The notes beneath the pieces were generated by a model, which worked only from the letters and a program-made list of their open reading frames with translations, had not been told where the DNA came from and did no database searches. This document shows positions 62,201 through 64,000 of a stretch of 64,000 nt of DNA, one piece after another (the stretch's first letter is position 1; each line of letters opens with the position of its first letter). The DNA lies in the NCBI GenBank assembly GCA_951406725.2, contig OX597817.1, forward strand, positions 10,974,001 through 11,038,000. The letters are read 5' to 3'. This stretch comes from Octopus vulgaris. Its lineage: Eukaryota. Made by a program: the position numbers and the translations under genes.

Positions 62201-64000
62201 ATTAGCCAGAGTTGATTCTTAAAATGAGAATATTTGAAATAAACTCGACTGCTCTCACAATCGAGAATACTAAAAATGAACCTGACCGCTCTCAAGAATT
62301 AAGTAAAAAAAACCAAAAAAAAAACCAGGAAAAATAATCCAGAATCTTGTCCGATACCGGATCGATACCAAAATATAATCAGGTCGTGCCAATCACGAGA
62401 CCAAACATCCCTGAAAGTTTCATCCGAATCCATCCAGCGATTCTTGTGATATCTTATCCAAAGACAAACAAACAAACACGACTGAAAACAATACTGCCCC
62501 CTTCGCTCAAGCGGAGGTAATAATCCGTTGATAGAGAAAAACGGTGTGGAGCATAACTGGACTCACATATCCCAATTGCTAATTCGTCCATCAGAAGCCG
62601 TGCTGTTACTATTCAGTCTCAATATTCTGCATACGACATCAGTGGGGGAAATCTCAAAGCATCATTACCCGAAAAGCGCTCGGCTACTTCTCCATCAACA
62701 TATGCATGCTCGAATCCTGGTCCTCTTAGACTGCAGCTGAGGTTTCTAAATTTTTGTTCTCTTGCTAAATAATGAATTTACAAAAATTTTCCAGTCCTTT
62801 GTAGCGTTTAAAAGGAGAAATTTCTGTCACCAACTCCATTACGTACGGTCGTTTTGCTACACCTTTATTTGCTTCTATTTAACCAAGAGTATTTAATAAG
62901 CAATATTTCTGAAGATTAGCAACCGAGATTTATACTTCTAGCTTCACTCAGCAACTGATCATGCGCATGCGTAATTGCGCGTACACTATCTCCATAGAGA
63001 CAGTAGAGCCAGAATACCGAAAATCCTCTCTCATACGTTACACACCCGTGACTCCCTACTCTTGAGAAATTCAATGAAAATATACCTTTCAAAGTCTTTT
63101 ACTAAATCTGGCACAAGAAGCTCATGCCTCGACATAATTCTCCACGTCTTTTTCTTCCCCCATCGCCACACCATCTCTCTACTTTCTTATTTCTTTACTA
63201 CCCACAAGGGGCTAAACATAGAGGGGACAAACAAGGACAGATAAACGGATTCAGTCGATTACATCGACCCCAGTGCGTAACTGGTACTTAATTTATCGAG
63301 CCCGAAATGATGAAAGGCAAAGTCGACCTCGGCGGAATTTGAACTCAGAACGTAGCGGCAGACGAAATACCTATTTCTTTACTACCCACAAGGGGTTAAA
63401 CACAGAGAGGACAAACATTGACAGACAAACGGATTAAGTCGATTATATCGACCCCAGTGCGCAACTGGTACTTATTTAATCGACCCTGAAAGGATGAAAG
63501 GCACAGTCGAACTCGGCGGAATTTGAACTCACAACGTAACGGCAGACGAAATAACGCTAAGCATTTCGCCCGGCGTGCTAACGATTCTGCCAGCTCGCCG
63601 CCTCTCATCTCTCTACTTTCTATTAACCTCAGTACTCAGAGTCCAGTTATGCTTCACACCGTTTTTCTCTATCAACGGATTATTACCTCCGCCTGAGCGA
63701 AGGTGGCAGTATTATTTTCAGTCGTGTTTGTTTATCCTTGGATAAGATATCTCAAGAATCGCTGGATGGATTCGGATGAAACTTTCAGGGATGTTTGGTC
63801 TCGTGATTGACACGACCTGATTATATTTTGGGATCGATCCGGTATCGGACAAGATTCTGGTTTATTTTTCCTGTTTTTTTTTTTTTTTTTTTTTTTACTT
63901 AATTCTTGAGAGCGGTCAGGTCCATTTTTAGTATTTTCGATTGTGAGAGCAGTCGAGTTTAGTTCAAATATTCTCATTTTAAGAATCATCTCTGGCTAAT
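62201..64000. repeat. Long inverted repeat with arms 62201-62564 and 63639-64000, each containing a Helentron/HINE-like element end
   Basis: The last 360 nt of the window are the reverse complement of 62201-62564 with scattered mismatches. The TTATTACCTCCGC...GTTTGTTT terminus is typical of HINE-like repeats. Confidence 0.85.

Noticed and set aside
43000-64000. Divergent host gene upstream of DHTKD1
   Set aside because: No convincing spliced coding exons were seen, and all interpretable ORFs are transposon-derived or low-complexity. Small or non-coding exons cannot be excluded by eye.

Overview
Eukaryotic, AT-rich, repeat-dense genomic DNA. The SINE families suggest an octopus or other coleoid cephalopod (inference from family recognition, no search run). 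The only host gene found is the 5' part of DHTKD1 (2-oxoadipate dehydrogenase E1 / OGDH-like) on the minus strand. Fourteen GT-AG exons from the ATG at 42941 down to 4424 splice in phase into 1650 nt (550 aa), and the gene continues off the left edge. Exons 12 and 13 occur a second time at 1-2787, left of a 100-N gap. This is most likely an uncollapsed second haplotype, and the two copies carry different insertions. The rest is transposon-derived: several tRNA- and RTE-type SINE families, Helitrons, mariner/Tc1, a deleted piggyBac, MITEs, and RTE, CR1, R4-like, HERO-like and L1/Tx1-like fragments. The most interesting observations are: (1) a foldback Penelope-like insertion with two hammerhead-like motifs whose C3-G8 pair is swapped to G3-C8; (2) an ORF1-only, poly(A)-tailed, TSD-flanked retroelement that shares its 3' end with an abundant SINE; (3) a 402-bp bipartite RTE element; (4) a highly structured HERO-like 3' UTR. 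No prokaryotic-type system such as CRISPR or an operon is present. Repeat boundaries are approximate unless a TSD or TIR is quoted.
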